A DNA stretch of 64,000 nt from assembly GCA_002010065.2 (NCBI GenBank), contig MTMD02000002.1, positions 320,001 to 384,000 on the forward strand. The letters run 5' to 3'. The position numbers and the translations under genes are program-made. Origin of the DNA: Candidatus Pyrohabitans jungbluthii. Its GTDB lineage: Archaea; Hydrothermarchaeota; Hydrothermarchaeia; Hydrothermarchaeales; BMS3B. The notes below the pieces were generated by a model that saw only the letters and a list, made by a program, of their open reading frames with translations, was not told where the DNA came from and ran no database searches. Numbering within the stretch: position 1 is the first letter of the stretch; each line of letters starts with the position of its first letter. Below, piece after piece: positions 45,070 through 55,127 of the stretch.

Positions 45070-46262
45070 TGGTGTTCACCCTGCTGGGCTGTGTTTGCGG
45101 TGTAATCACCGGCTTGGTGCCCGGGCTTCACGTGAACAACGTGGTGATAATCCTTGTTTCCCTATCTGCGCTGCTTATTGATAGCTTCGGTCTCTGGTCT
45201 CTGCTGGCTTTTATAGTTGCCCTGAGCGTGATGCACTCCTTCGTGGACTACGTGCCTGCAATTCTCGTGGGCGCACCTCAGGAAGATAACGTGCTTTCCA
45301 CGCTTCCTGGACAGCGTCTCCTCAGCCAAGGCAGGGGCTATGAGGCGATTCGCCTTACGGTGCTTGGTGGCCTGGGGGCGACGCTTTTTAGTGCCTTAAC
45401 CCTTCCCTTCCTCTACTTTGCTCTACCTCAGATTTACCCAGTGGTAAGGCAGCACATTCCGCTGCTCCTAGCTATGGTGCTCGCCTACATGGTTTACCTG
45501 GAGAAAGGGCTGAGGAAGAGGCTTTATGCAATGCTCGTGGTCTTCTATTCCGGAGCGCTGGGCTACATAATCTTAAACTACCCGGTGCTCTCACCGCAGT
45601 ACGCGCTCTTCCCGGCGCTTACCGGCTTCTTTGGGATAAGCACCATCTTAACGTCTCTCCGCCTGCGAAGCGCACCCCCGGCGCAGAGTTTGACTTACAG
45701 TGAAGGCTACTACTCCCGCGGCGTCGCCGCAGGTGCGATTGGCGGAATACTCGCCGGCCTGCTACCCGGTATAGGCTCTGCCCAGAGTGCGCTTCTGGTG
45801 CAGAGCTTTTTCAAACGTCGCGATGAGAAGGAGTTTCTCGTTGCCCATGGTGGTGTGAACACCGCAGCAGCGATTTTTGCGCTCCTTGCACTCTACTTAA
45901 TAGGCAACCCCCGCAGCGGCGCCAGCGTTGCGGCGGCTATGCTTATAGGCGAAGCGGAGCTGGCGGATTTCACATTCATGCTAGCTGTGGCAATGCTCAC
46001 CTCCTCCTTTGCCGCCTTAGCTACGCTTCTTATCGCCAGGGCAGCAATAAAGAGAATAGGAAGAATAAACTACACGACGCTTTCCCTCGCTGTGCTTGCC
46101 TTTCTAGGGCTGAGCATCCTTCTCTTTACGGGCTTCTATGGTGTGCTTGTAGCGATTACGAGCACCGCAATAGGCATGCTCGCCGCCTTCGCCGGAGTGA
46201 GAAGGTCCCACTGCATGGGGGTGCTTATTCTCCCCACTATAATTTACTTCCTTGGCATTTGA
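45057..46262 (+). CDS. Archaeal TctA-like (DUF112) membrane protein
   Basis: GVITGLVPGLHVN, HSFVDYVPAI.VGAP, LPG, GNPRSG. Confidence 0.82.
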   Translation: MLDVVVFTLLGCVCGVITGLVPGLHVNNVVIILVSLSALLIDSFGLWSLLAFIVALSVMHSFVDYVPAILVGAPQEDNVLSTLPGQRLLSQGRGYEAIRLTVLGGLGATLFSALTLPFLYFALPQIYPVVRQHIPLLLAMVLAYMVYLEKGLRKRLYAMLVVFYSGALGYIILNYPVLSPQYALFPALTGFFGISTILTSLRLRSAPPAQSLTYSEGYYSRGVAAGAIGGILAGLLPGIGSAQSALLVQSFFKRRDEKEFLVAHGGVNTAAAIFALLALYLIGNPRSGASVAAAMLIGEAELADFTFMLAVAMLTSSFAALATLLIARAAIKRIGRINYTTLSLAVLAFLGLSILLFTGFYGVLVAITSTAIGMLAAFAGVRRSHCMGVLILPTIIYFLGI

Positions 46263-46331
46263 GCTTTGATGTTGGGATACAAATAGACAAATTTTTTATA
46301 CCCTCACAGCGAATCTTAACCGGGACTTTAG

Positions 46332-48746
46332 ATGGCAGCAGCGAAGGAGAAAATCATACCAGTGGCGATAGAGGAGGAGATGAAGCGCTCCTACATAGAT
46401 TACGCGATGAGCGTAATCGTGGGTAGAGCTCTCCCAGACGTGCGCGACGGCTTGAAGCCAGTGCACCGCCGCATCCTATATGCGATGTACGAGCTTGGCT
46501 TGTTTCACAACCGCCCGTATAAGAAGAGTGCGCGCATCGTTGGTGAGGTGCTCGGTAAGTACCACCCTCATGGTGACGCCGCTGTATACGACGCCCTTGT
46601 TAGGATGGTTCAGGACTTCTCCTTGCGCTATCCCTTAATCGACGGGCAGGGAAACTTTGGAAGCGTAGACGGCGACGCCCCGGCGGCGATGCGCTACACC
46701 GAGGCGAGGCTTGCGAAGATAGCTGAGGAGATGCTGGCGGACATTGAGAAGGATACCGTTGACTTCGTCCCCAACTTCGATGAATCTTTGCAAGAGCCCA
46801 GCGTGCTACCCGCGAAGCTTCCCAACCTGCTGGTGAACGGCTCCTCTGGCATCGCCGTGGGAATGGCGACCAATATCCCGCCGCACAACCTCTGCGAGGT
46901 GTGCGACGCCATAGCCATGCTCATAGACAACCCCGACGCCACCCTTGAAGAGCTTATGGAGGTCATCCATGGGCCGGACTTCCCCACGGGCGCGTATATC
47001 TTGGGCAAGAAAGGGATAATTCAAGCCTACTCCACCGGGAGGGGCACAATCAGGCTTAGAGGGAGGACGCACATAGAGGAGGACAAGCGCAAGAAGCGGA
47101 TTATTATCACCGAGATCCCATACATGGTGAACAAGGCGAAGCTCATAGAGAGCATCGCCGAACTTGTGAGAAATAAGAAGATAGAGGGCATCACAGACAT
47201 ACGCGACGAGAGCGACCGCGAGGGTATGCGCGTTGTTATTGAGCTAAAACAGAGCGCTTCTCCTGAGGTGATTCTCAACCAGCTCTACAAGAACACACAG
47301 CTTGAGACCACCTTCGGGATTATTAATCTTGTTCTCGTCGACGGTGAACCTCGTGTTTTAAACCTGCGCGACACCATCTTGGAGTTTATAAAGCACCGCA
47401 AGCAGGTTGTAACCAGAAGGACGCGCTTTGAGTTGAGCAAAGCTGAGAAGCGCGCCCACATCTTAGAGGGGCTGCGCATAGCTTTGGAGAACATAGATGC
47501 AGTTATAAAGCTCATTCGTGGCTCGCCAAGCGTTGAGGAAGCCAAGGCTAAGCTTATGGAGCGCTTTTCGCTGACCGATACCCAAGCCCAGGCGATTCTG
47601 GACATGCGCCTCCAGAAGCTTACCGCTCTCGAAAGGGAGAAGATTGAGGAGGAGTACCGCAAGCTTCTCAAGGAGATAGATTACCTTCGCAGCCTATTAG
47701 CCAGTGAGAAGAAGATTCTTCAGGTGATTAAGAAGGAGACGCTGGAGATTAAGCAGAAGTACGGGGATGAGCGCAGGACTGAGATTGTCGCGGAGGCAGA
47801 GGAAATAAGCATCGAAGATTTAATCGCCAAGGAGGAAATGGTGGTTACTATCACACAAGGAGGCTATATAAAGCGCCTGCCCGTGAGCACCTATCGCCAG
47901 CAGCGCCGCGGTGGCAGAGGCATAGTGGGGGTTGAAGCAAAGGAGGACCAGGTGAAGGATATCTACGTGGCCTCAACCCACGACTATATGCTGTTCTTCT
48001 CAAACACCGGCAAGGTGTACTGGCGCAAGGTCTATGAGATCCCCACCGCCGGCAGGTATTCCAGGGGCAAAGCGATGGTCAACCTCCTTGAGGAGGCGGC
48101 CAACGAGAGGATCACAGCCACGCTGGCGGTGCGCGACTTCTCCGAGGAACGCTACGTGTTCTTCGCTACAAAGCAGGGTAAAGTTAAGAAGACACCGCTG
48201 AGCGCCTTCAGCAACCCCCGCAGAGGCGGAATACTTGCGATAAGCTTAGCAGAGGGCGATGAGCTGGTTGAGGTTGAACTGACCGACGGCAGGCAGGAGA
48301 TACTCCTAGCAACGCGCTACGGCAAGGCTATACGCTTCTCTGAGCAGGACGTCAGGGCGATGGGGCGCACTGCAATGGGGGTTACCGGAATAACACTGCG
48401 CAGGAAAGACGAGGTTGTTGGAGTAGAGGTTGTTAAGCCGGGCACCACCATACTTGCGGTTACTGAAAACGGCTATGGAAAGCGCACTCCCATTGAGGAG
48501 TACCCGCTTCAGAGGCGGGGAGGCAAGGGCGTGATTAACATTATACCGAGCGTGCGCAATGGTTTGGTGGTGGGCGTGCTCAGCGTTCTGGACAGCGATG
48601 AGGTGGTGCTCACAAGTGCGAAAGGTGTGGTTATCCGTCTCAAGGCGAAAGAGATATCTGTGATGGGGAGGAATACCCAGGGCGTAAGGCTGATGAAGCT
48701 GGAGGAGGGGGATCGAGTCGTTGCGCTTGCGAAGGTGAGGGAGTAG
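46332..48746 (+). CDS. gyrA: DNA gyrase subunit A
   Basis: [41 protein letters not shown], GyrA-box QRRGGRG, C-terminal beta-pinwheel repeats. Confidence 0.97.
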   Translation: MAAAKEKIIPVAIEEEMKRSYIDYAMSVIVGRALPDVRDGLKPVHRRILYAMYELGLFHNRPYKKSARIVGEVLGKYHPHGDAAVYDALVRMVQDFSLRYPLIDGQGNFGSVDGDAPAAMRYTEARLAKIAEEMLADIEKDTVDFVPNFDESLQEPSVLPAKLPNLLVNGSSGIAVGMATNIPPHNLCEVCDAIAMLIDNPDATLEELMEVIHGPDFPTGAYILGKKGIIQAYSTGRGTIRLRGRTHIEEDKRKKRIIITEIPYMVNKAKLIESIAELVRNKKIEGITDIRDESDREGMRVVIELKQSASPEVILNQLYKNTQLETTFGIINLVLVDGEPRVLNLRDTILEFIKHRKQVVTRRTRFELSKAEKRAHILEGLRIALENIDAVIKLIRGSPSVEEAKAKLMERFSLTDTQAQAILDMRLQKLTALEREKIEEEYRKLLKEIDYLRSLLASEKKILQVIKKETLEIKQKYGDERRTEIVAEAEEISIEDLIAKEEMVVTITQGGYIKRLPVSTYRQQRRGGRGIVGVEAKEDQVKDIYVASTHDYMLFFSNTGKVYWRKVYEIPTAGRYSRGKAMVNLLEEAANERITATLAVRDFSEERYVFFATKQGKVKKTPLSAFSNPRRGGILAISLAEGDELVEVELTDGRQEILLATRYGKAIRFSEQDVRAMGRTAMGVTGITLRRKDEVVGVEVVKPGTTILAVTENGYGKRTPIEEYPLQRRGGKGVINIIPSVRNGLVVGVLSVLDSDEVVLTSAKGVVIRLKAKEISVMGRNTQGVRLMKLEEGDRVVALAKVRE

Positions 48747-48747
48747 T

Positions 48748-48816
48748 TCCGTCACCCTATCGTGCTCCGCACGAGACGGGTAACTCCGTCACCCGCAAGC
48801 GAAGCTTCCGGGTAAC
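48748..48816. repeat. Tandem pair of palindromic units TCCGTCACCC-(inner stem-loop)-CGGGTAAC
   Basis: Unit 1 is 48748-48784 and unit 2 is 48785-48816; each folds into a hairpin. Confidence 0.6.
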
Positions 48817-49002
48817 CGTTAATAATCCTAAGCGCTGCTTGTGGAGGCAGCACCCTCTTGCTCAACTTATGTTAATTTTACTTACTTTTTGCAATATCTA
48901 TATTAAAATACCAAATCAAAATGTTTATATAGTATGAAGATTATTAATAATGCTAACAAGTAATCCGAATTTGTTCGGAAGTTCAAACTCGGGGGAAGAG
49001 AT

Positions 49003-50949
49003 ATGGGACAAAAAGTGCAAATGCAGCAGGATTCGACTGACATTGCTCTCTTCGTTAAGGTCAGTGAGGGCGATGTGATAACCTGGGATAAAAGCAGGAT
49101 TGTGAAGTCACTGCTCAAGGAAACCACGATAGATGAGGCTACCGCACACCTAATCGCCGACAGGGTTGAGAGGATTATCCGCGACTCTGGTATTGAGTTC
49201 ATCACAGGTCCGCTAATCCGCGAGATCGTTAACGCTGAACTCATAAAGCTCAAGCTTGAGGAGCAGCGCAAGCAGTACACCCGCCTTGGTATGCCAATCT
49301 ACGACGTTGAACAGCTCATAACAAAGCAGAACAAGGAAAATGCCAACGTGCCTCATGGGCCAGAAGCGACCAACCTGAGCTTAGCCGAGAGTATAAAGAA
49401 GCAGTACGCTCTGCTAAAGGTGTTCTCACCCGACGTGGCACTCGCCCATGAGCGGGGCGATATTCACCTGCACGACTTAGGGTTTATAGACCGCCCTTAC
49501 TGCTCAGGTAATAGCATCGAGTACGTGAAGAAGTTCGGTCTCAACCTGCCCAACGCTCTTTCAATTTCAAAGCCAGCGAAGCATCCCGAGGTGCTGGTTC
49601 TCCACCTCATAAAGTTCTCAGCCGCCCTGCAGGGCGTGTTCGCGGGTGCAATAGGCTGGGATGCGGTGAACCTCTTCATGGCACCCTACTTCGTGGGGAA
49701 GTCGGACGAGGAGCTGGAGCAGGTCGCGCAGATGCTGGTCTTTGAGTTCGCCCAGCAGGCGGTTGCCAGAGGGGGACAGAGCATATTCAGCGATCTCAAC
49801 CTCTACTGGGAGGTGCCAAAGCACTTCGCCGACGTCGAAGCTATTGGCCCTGAGGGCAAGTACACGGGCAACACCTATGAGGATTACCTGCCCGAGGCGC
49901 AGCGCTTCGCGAGGGCTTTGATAAAGGTGTACATGCAGGGCGACGGCATGGGCAGGCCCTTCTTCTTCCCAAAGCCCCAGCTCCACATAACTGAACGCCT
50001 CTTCCGCACCGAGGGCTACGAGGAGTTTCTGTACGAGATAGCCCAGCTCTCCTCTGAGCGGGGCAACAGCTATTACGTGTTCGACCGCGGCGAAACCGCG
50101 AAGATTAGTGAGTGCTGCCGCCTTGCGTTCAAGCTGGATGAGAATGACCTGCGCGATGCCAAGACGCCCTGGAAGATGCGCTATTCTGCAATGCAGAATG
50201 TGACAATAAACCTGCCTCGCATTGCCTACGAGGCGAATGGCAACGACGACCTGCTGTTTGAGATTCTCTCGCAGAGAATGAAGCTCGCAGCCGAGGCGCA
50301 CGTTGCCAAGCGTGGCTTCATAACCAGGCTTCTTAACCTAGGGCTTCGCGGACCCCTCGGTTTGCTTGCCATGGATAAAGACGGCGAGCCCTACTACCGC
50401 CTGCACCGCGCCACCTTCCTCATGGGAATGCTGGGCTTGAATGAGCTGGTGCAGTACCACCTGGGCGAGGAGATGCACGAGAGCAATTATGCCCTTCGCT
50501 TTGGCTTGAAGGTCATAGCCCACATGAACAAGGAAAGTGAGCGCCTGAGCGAGGAGTACGATATGCGCTTCGTGCTGGAGCAGACTCCAGCGGAGAGCAC
50601 CGCTTACCGCATGGCAAAGCTCGACTTGGAGCACTATCCCAGCGAGACGCGAGAGGTGGTGAAGGGTAGCATAGAGCGCGGCGAGGTCTACTATACCAAC
50701 TCCACCTACCTGAACATCTCCGCACCAATATCGCCAATAGAGCGGGTTAAGAAGGAAGGGATGTTCCATCCCATGATTCACGCTGGCAGCCTCACCCACA
50801 TCTGGCTGGGCGAGGCGAAGCCTGACCCTGAAGCAATAGCCAAGTTCGTAGTGCGCACCTTCAAGCACACCACCAACGATCAGATAGCCTTCTCCCCCGA
50901 GTTCTCCTCATGTTTAGACTGTGGGCGGGTAGATCGCGGGCTGTGGTAG
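49003..50949 (+). CDS. nrdD: Class III (anaerobic) ribonucleotide reductase, catalytic core with ATP-cone; lacks the glycyl-radical C-terminus
   Basis: ATP-cone WDKSRIVKSL; AHERGDIHLHDL; PYCSG; FFFPKP; SECCRL; NVTINLPRIA; EQTPAES; YYTNS; ends CLDCGRVDRGLW*. Confidence 0.93.
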   Translation: MGQKVQMQQDSTDIALFVKVSEGDVITWDKSRIVKSLLKETTIDEATAHLIADRVERIIRDSGIEFITGPLIREIVNAELIKLKLEEQRKQYTRLGMPIYDVEQLITKQNKENANVPHGPEATNLSLAESIKKQYALLKVFSPDVALAHERGDIHLHDLGFIDRPYCSGNSIEYVKKFGLNLPNALSISKPAKHPEVLVLHLIKFSAALQGVFAGAIGWDAVNLFMAPYFVGKSDEELEQVAQMLVFEFAQQAVARGGQSIFSDLNLYWEVPKHFADVEAIGPEGKYTGNTYEDYLPEAQRFARALIKVYMQGDGMGRPFFFPKPQLHITERLFRTEGYEEFLYEIAQLSSERGNSYYVFDRGETAKISECCRLAFKLDENDLRDAKTPWKMRYSAMQNVTINLPRIAYEANGNDDLLFEILSQRMKLAAEAHVAKRGFITRLLNLGLRGPLGLLAMDKDGEPYYRLHRATFLMGMLGLNELVQYHLGEEMHESNYALRFGLKVIAHMNKESERLSEEYDMRFVLEQTPAESTAYRMAKLDLEHYPSETREVVKGSIERGEVYYTNSTYLNISAPISPIERVKKEGMFHPMIHAGSLTHIWLGEAKPDPEAIAKFVVRTFKHTTNDQIAFSPEFSSCLDCGRVDRGLW

Positions 50950-50966
50950 AACAGGAGGTGAAAGAA

Positions 50967-51437
50967 ATGGAAGAAGACATAATAAGCAACACGTGCCCCC
51001 ACTGTGGAAGCCACAACGTGGAGTACATAACCCGCGTAACTGGCTTCTTCTCTAAGGTGGGGAGCTGGAATAAGGGCAAGATAGCCGAACTCCGTGACAG
51101 GAGGCAGGCTATAGAGTGGAACAAGCGAAGCTTTCTGGGCAACGCTGGAAGCGTGCCTACCACGGCGACGCAGCGCAGGATAAAGCTCTTCTGGAAGCAG
51201 AACTGCCCGCGCTGCCCTGCTGCCAAGGAGCTTGCTGCAAAGCTGGAGGCGAAGGGTATTAAGGTGGAGTACTACGACGTGGAGAGCGTCGAGGGTATGG
51301 CAGAGGCAGGAATGCACTCTGTATTAGCGACGCCGAGCATCGTCGTGGTTGACGGCGAGGATGAAGAGATCGCCGCGTGGCGTGGCTCCGTGCCCAGCGA
51401 GCAGGAGCTTGCCGCGGCGGTGATGGGTGCAAACTAA
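50967..51437 (+). CDS. NrdD C-terminal half-Zn-ribbon and glycyl-radical domain fused to a glutaredoxin/thioredoxin domain
   Basis: Own SD GGAGGTGA (50954-50961); CPHCGSHNVEYITRVTGFFS..WNKGKIAELRDR; then KLFWKQNCPRCPAAK...VLATPSIVV. Confidence 0.88.
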   Translation: MEEDIISNTCPHCGSHNVEYITRVTGFFSKVGSWNKGKIAELRDRRQAIEWNKRSFLGNAGSVPTTATQRRIKLFWKQNCPRCPAAKELAAKLEAKGIKVEYYDVESVEGMAEAGMHSVLATPSIVVVDGEDEEIAAWRGSVPSEQELAAAVMGAN

Positions 51438-51470
51438 CCCACCCCTTTTTATTTTTGGAGGCGATAAAAA

Positions 51471-51908
51471 GTGGGATATGGAGCAATAAAAGTTGAGGAC
51501 ATAGAAATAATTAAAAAAATACTCCTACGCGAGGGGTTTTATGAGCCTATATTACAAACATGGAAAGATGGTCAAGTATTTGGCTTAGTTAAACCTTTAA
51601 ATGAACTGTTTGAAGTACATATACGAGCTTATGAAGATAACACCCTTGATGCAGAAGTGGAGTTATCTAGAGAATATTTAGAACATATTTTTAATGAAAG
51701 TAGGCCATATTATGGATTTTTAATTGAAATACTAAGAGATTATAAGGTACCATACAGAGTTATAAAATCGATCCCTCCAGATCCAAAGCTCATCTCAGTA
51801 CCAGAGATATTAATCAAATGGAAGCCACTAATGGCACTAGCTGTGATATTCGTTGGAATTGCTTTAATTGGAACATCAAATAAGCAAAATAATGGCATAT
51901 CTGTTTAA
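51471..51908 (+). CDS. Hypothetical protein (AT-rich) with C-terminal TM
   Basis: LQTWKDGQVFGLVK...EVHIRAY...AEVELSREYLEH; AT-rich codon usage. Confidence 0.65.
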   Translation: MGYGAIKVEDIEIIKKILLREGFYEPILQTWKDGQVFGLVKPLNELFEVHIRAYEDNTLDAEVELSREYLEHIFNESRPYYGFLIEILRDYKVPYRVIKSIPPDPKLISVPEILIKWKPLMALAVIFVGIALIGTSNKQNNGISV

Positions 51909-51927
51909 ATTAAAAAGAGGCATAAAA

Positions 51928-52635
51928 ATGCAAATCAAAGGCGTGCTCGAGACGAGCTTTGTAGACTGGGACGGGAAGATAGTCTCCACCATCTTCCTCC
52001 CCAGCTGCAACTTCCGCTGTGGCTTCTGCCATAACCACAAGCTGGTACTCAGCCCTGAGAGCTTTGAGGATGTGCCCTTAGACTATCTCCTTCGCTTCTG
52101 GCGGCGCAACCGCGATTTCCTCGACGGGGTGTGCATAACCGGTGGCGAGCCTACGCTGCACAAGGATTTACCCCAGCTATGTGCCACGATTAAGGAGCTT
52201 GGGTTGGAGGTGAAGCTGGATACGAACGGCTCCAACCCGGAGATGCTGCGCTCGCTTATCAAAGAAAAGCTTGTTGACTACATCGCCATGGATGTTAAGG
52301 CACCTCTGCGCGCCAAGGATTATTCCCGCGTGGCTGGCGTGGATATAAATGGCGAGCTTCGCCGCATAGAAAAGAGCATCGACATTATAATAACCTCCCG
52401 CATCGACCACGAGTTCCGCACCACTGTGATTAAGGGTGTGCACGGCGAGGATGAGGTCGAAGCTATAGCGCGCTCTTTGCAGGGTGCGAAGCGCTACGTG
52501 CTCCAGAAGTTTGTGCCTCACCTGGCGATGAGCGAAGAGCTTCGCAGGCTGGCGATGTTCAGCGATGAGGAGATGGATGCCCTGGTAGAGGCGGCGAGAC
52601 GGTATGTTCCTAATGTGAAGTGGAGGGGGAAGTGA
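51928..52635 (+). CDS. nrdG: Anaerobic RNR activating enzyme (radical SAM)
   Basis: SFVDWDGK, CNFRCGFCHN, ITGGEPTL, KLDTNGS, YIAMDVK, EFRTT. Confidence 0.92.
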   Translation: MQIKGVLETSFVDWDGKIVSTIFLPSCNFRCGFCHNHKLVLSPESFEDVPLDYLLRFWRRNRDFLDGVCITGGEPTLHKDLPQLCATIKELGLEVKLDTNGSNPEMLRSLIKEKLVDYIAMDVKAPLRAKDYSRVAGVDINGELRRIEKSIDIIITSRIDHEFRTTVIKGVHGEDEVEAIARSLQGAKRYVLQKFVPHLAMSEELRRLAMFSDEEMDALVEAARRYVPNVKWRGK

Positions 52636-52741
52636 TAGAAGAAGGATTGAGAAATGGGCCAATTTAGAATAGGAGAGGCGCATCATAAAAAATCGCATTT
52701 CATTATTGTAATTTTAGCAGTTGTGTAAAGTTTCAAGGGAT

Positions 52742-54499
52742 ATGGAAACTAAAAAAATCCAAAATAAGAATAAAAATAAGAAAATTAAGAGGAACATAGT
52801 TGAATATCTAAAAAATTTTTGTAATAGGCACAATAAGTTAGTAACCGGAGCTATTGGTTTTGTATTAGGTATCGTACTAACTTCGTATTTATCTCCAATA
52901 TTAGCACATATTTTCCCTTCTATTGATAAAGAACCACCAACAATTATTGAGGTTACTCCATTACCAAATTCAAACCTTTTCAATCTATCAGATATAAGAG
53001 TCAAAATTGAGGATAGTGGAGGATCTGGTTTAGACTTAGAGAGTTCTTTCATAAAGTTAACTGGAGCATATTCGGGAGAGATTAATGGTACCAAAATAAG
53101 CAAAGATAAGGTCTTAATTTTTATACCAAGCGAAAAATTAAAACCTGATATGTATACTGCTGAGTTTTTTATTAGAGATAGAGCTGGTAATCTAAAAAAA
53201 GATTTTTCAAGATTTACATTGTTTGAAAAACCAAAACTCAGATTTGACTTTTACGAAATGCCTCACTTATATTCTGAGAATGACGATGTCCATGGAATTA
53301 AATGGAAAGACAGATATATTGCATACAGTTTCGCTATAATAAATGAGGGCGATACAGTATCTTTAGAAGATATTGAAGTGACTTTTGATTTTCCAGGAGT
53401 AATACTAAACTATATTGTTATGGCAAAGACAAGCTGTGTAAATTGTAATATTATAGAAGCTCAATCAACTCCTTCAATAGTTTATGGAGGAAAAACAGAA
53501 ACAAACTTTTCTACATGTCAATTGATTATTGATATTGAAAAACTACCTCCTGGTGGTATCTTTGCGGGCATGATATTCATAGACCCTCAATATACGCCAA
53601 AATCTAATGAAGTAATCACATTTTGTGAATTTGGAAGTAGATATTATGGACATTATTTTTATAAGCAATTAGGGTGGACTCATCAAGGCAGTATTGAAGG
53701 AGAAATAAAGATGAGTCGGGATGCCTGGATAAATAAGGGAATTTTTTTGAGAAATATGGGAATAAAATATAATTTTCCAGAATATGTCAAAAATTCCTTA
53801 AATGCTTTTGATAATGCTATTAAAATCGATAAGAATAGTAGTGTCGCCTGGAATGAAAAAGGCATTTCACTTGCATATTTAGGGAATTTTTCAGGCGCAA
53901 TTCAAGCGTTTAATAAATCTATAAACATAAGTCCTAATTTTGAAAAACCATATTACAACATTGGCCTGATTTATTTTAAACTCAAAAATTGCGATATTGC
54001 AACAAATTATGCAAATAAAGCATTAGAAATCAACCCAAATTACGAAAAAGCGAACGAAATAATAAAAAATTGTGAAAAAGAAAATATAATTGCCCCAAGA
54101 GATATAAAAAATAAAATAAAAGATATAAATGAAAACGAAGGAACAATTATATTTACCACTAGTGACAGCAATTTATTCGAATCTGTTGGAGATATAATAA
54201 TATTTGATTTTCCAGTCGGAAGTTCTAGATTTATATTAAGAAGAGATGCGAATTTTAATTTATTTTTTGAGCATATAAGCATTCAAACAGGTATAAGAGT
54301 AGCTAAGATAAATCTAAGCGAATTTAAAAAGTGTGATAAACTCTTTATTGCACTAACATGGTCAAGAAAGGAAAATAAACTGTCTTTGGGTTGTTTAGGT
54401 GATAGAAAATTGGTCACAGAAAAGGCGATACAAATTGATAATAAAAATCTATTAATAAAAAATTTTTTAGAAGTACAACAATTTTTACAAGTAAAATAA
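52742..54499 (+). CDS. AT-rich membrane-anchored protein with Ig-like and TPR domains
   Basis: TM helix; DKEPPTI...DSGGSGLD...RDRAGN (Ig-like); TPRs AWNEKGISLAYLGNFSGAIQAFNKSINISP and YYNIGLIYF. Confidence 0.75.
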   Translation: METKKIQNKNKNKKIKRNIVEYLKNFCNRHNKLVTGAIGFVLGIVLTSYLSPILAHIFPSIDKEPPTIIEVTPLPNSNLFNLSDIRVKIEDSGGSGLDLESSFIKLTGAYSGEINGTKISKDKVLIFIPSEKLKPDMYTAEFFIRDRAGNLKKDFSRFTLFEKPKLRFDFYEMPHLYSENDDVHGIKWKDRYIAYSFAIINEGDTVSLEDIEVTFDFPGVILNYIVMAKTSCVNCNIIEAQSTPSIVYGGKTETNFSTCQLIIDIEKLPPGGIFAGMIFIDPQYTPKSNEVITFCEFGSRYYGHYFYKQLGWTHQGSIEGEIKMSRDAWINKGIFLRNMGIKYNFPEYVKNSLNAFDNAIKIDKNSSVAWNEKGISLAYLGNFSGAIQAFNKSINISPNFEKPYYNIGLIYFKLKNCDIATNYANKALEINPNYEKANEIIKNCEKENIIAPRDIKNKIKDINENEGTIIFTTSDSNLFESVGDIIIFDFPVGSSRFILRRDANFNLFFEHISIQTGIRVAKINLSEFKKCDKLFIALTWSRKENKLSLGCLGDRKLVTEKAIQIDNKNLLIKNFLEVQQFLQVK

Positions 54500-54827
54500 A
54501 TAATTTACTATCTTATGAAACAGCCGGGCTCTTTTATCTGATGCCTGGTACTGTCAGAGCTATATTTTTCTTTTCTTTTTCTCCCTGAAGTATAATCAGT
54601 ATCAAAATTGCATTCCCATACAATTTTGTTCTAACACCTCACTTTTTCAATGTGCGCAGAATATCCCTTGCCCTCTGGTTTACTAAGTCCTCTGACCTAA
54701 ACATAATCTTAGTTTAATTTTGGTGTTAAAATTTAAACGCAGTTAAGGAAAAGTCAGGTTCGTCAGACCGGCTATTGAAGTGGTGCCGTAACCTTCTTTA
54801 AGTCGGATGTTAAAAAAGTTAGATATT

Positions 54828-55127
54828 ATGAGTATGAAAACAAGACAAGAGATAATCAAAAAACTGAGAGAGGAACTTCCTTATCTCAGGGAGAAATTTA
54901 ATGTCAGTAGAATAGCTCTTTTTGGCTCATACGCCAGGGGGGAACAGAGAGAAGGTAGCGATATAGATATTCTGGTAGAGTTTGAGAAACCAGTTGGATT
55001 TATAAAGTTCATAAAGCTTGAAAACTATTTAAGCGAGAAACTCGGGGTAAAGGTTGAGCTTGTAACTCCAGATGCTCTCAAGCCTCTAATAAAGCCTTCT
55101 ATTATCAGGGAGGCTGTTTATGTCTAA
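54828..55127 (+). CDS. MNT (minimal nucleotidyltransferase) antitoxin
   Basis: LFGSYARGEQREGSDIDILVEF. Confidence 0.92.
   Translation: MSMKTRQEIIKKLREELPYLREKFNVSRIALFGSYARGEQREGSDIDILVEFEKPVGFIKFIKLENYLSEKLGVKVELVTPDALKPLIKPSIIREAVYV

Noticed and set aside
46332-50949. Inteins in gyrA or nrdD
   Set aside because: Lengths are normal, and no C/S...HN splice junctions or LAGLIDADG blocks were seen.
50940-50970. Pyrrolysine/stop readthrough or programmed frameshift joining the two nrdD parts
   Set aside because: Readthrough of TAG meets an in-frame TGA four codons later, the second part is in another frame, no slippery run is evident, and it has its own SD and ATG.
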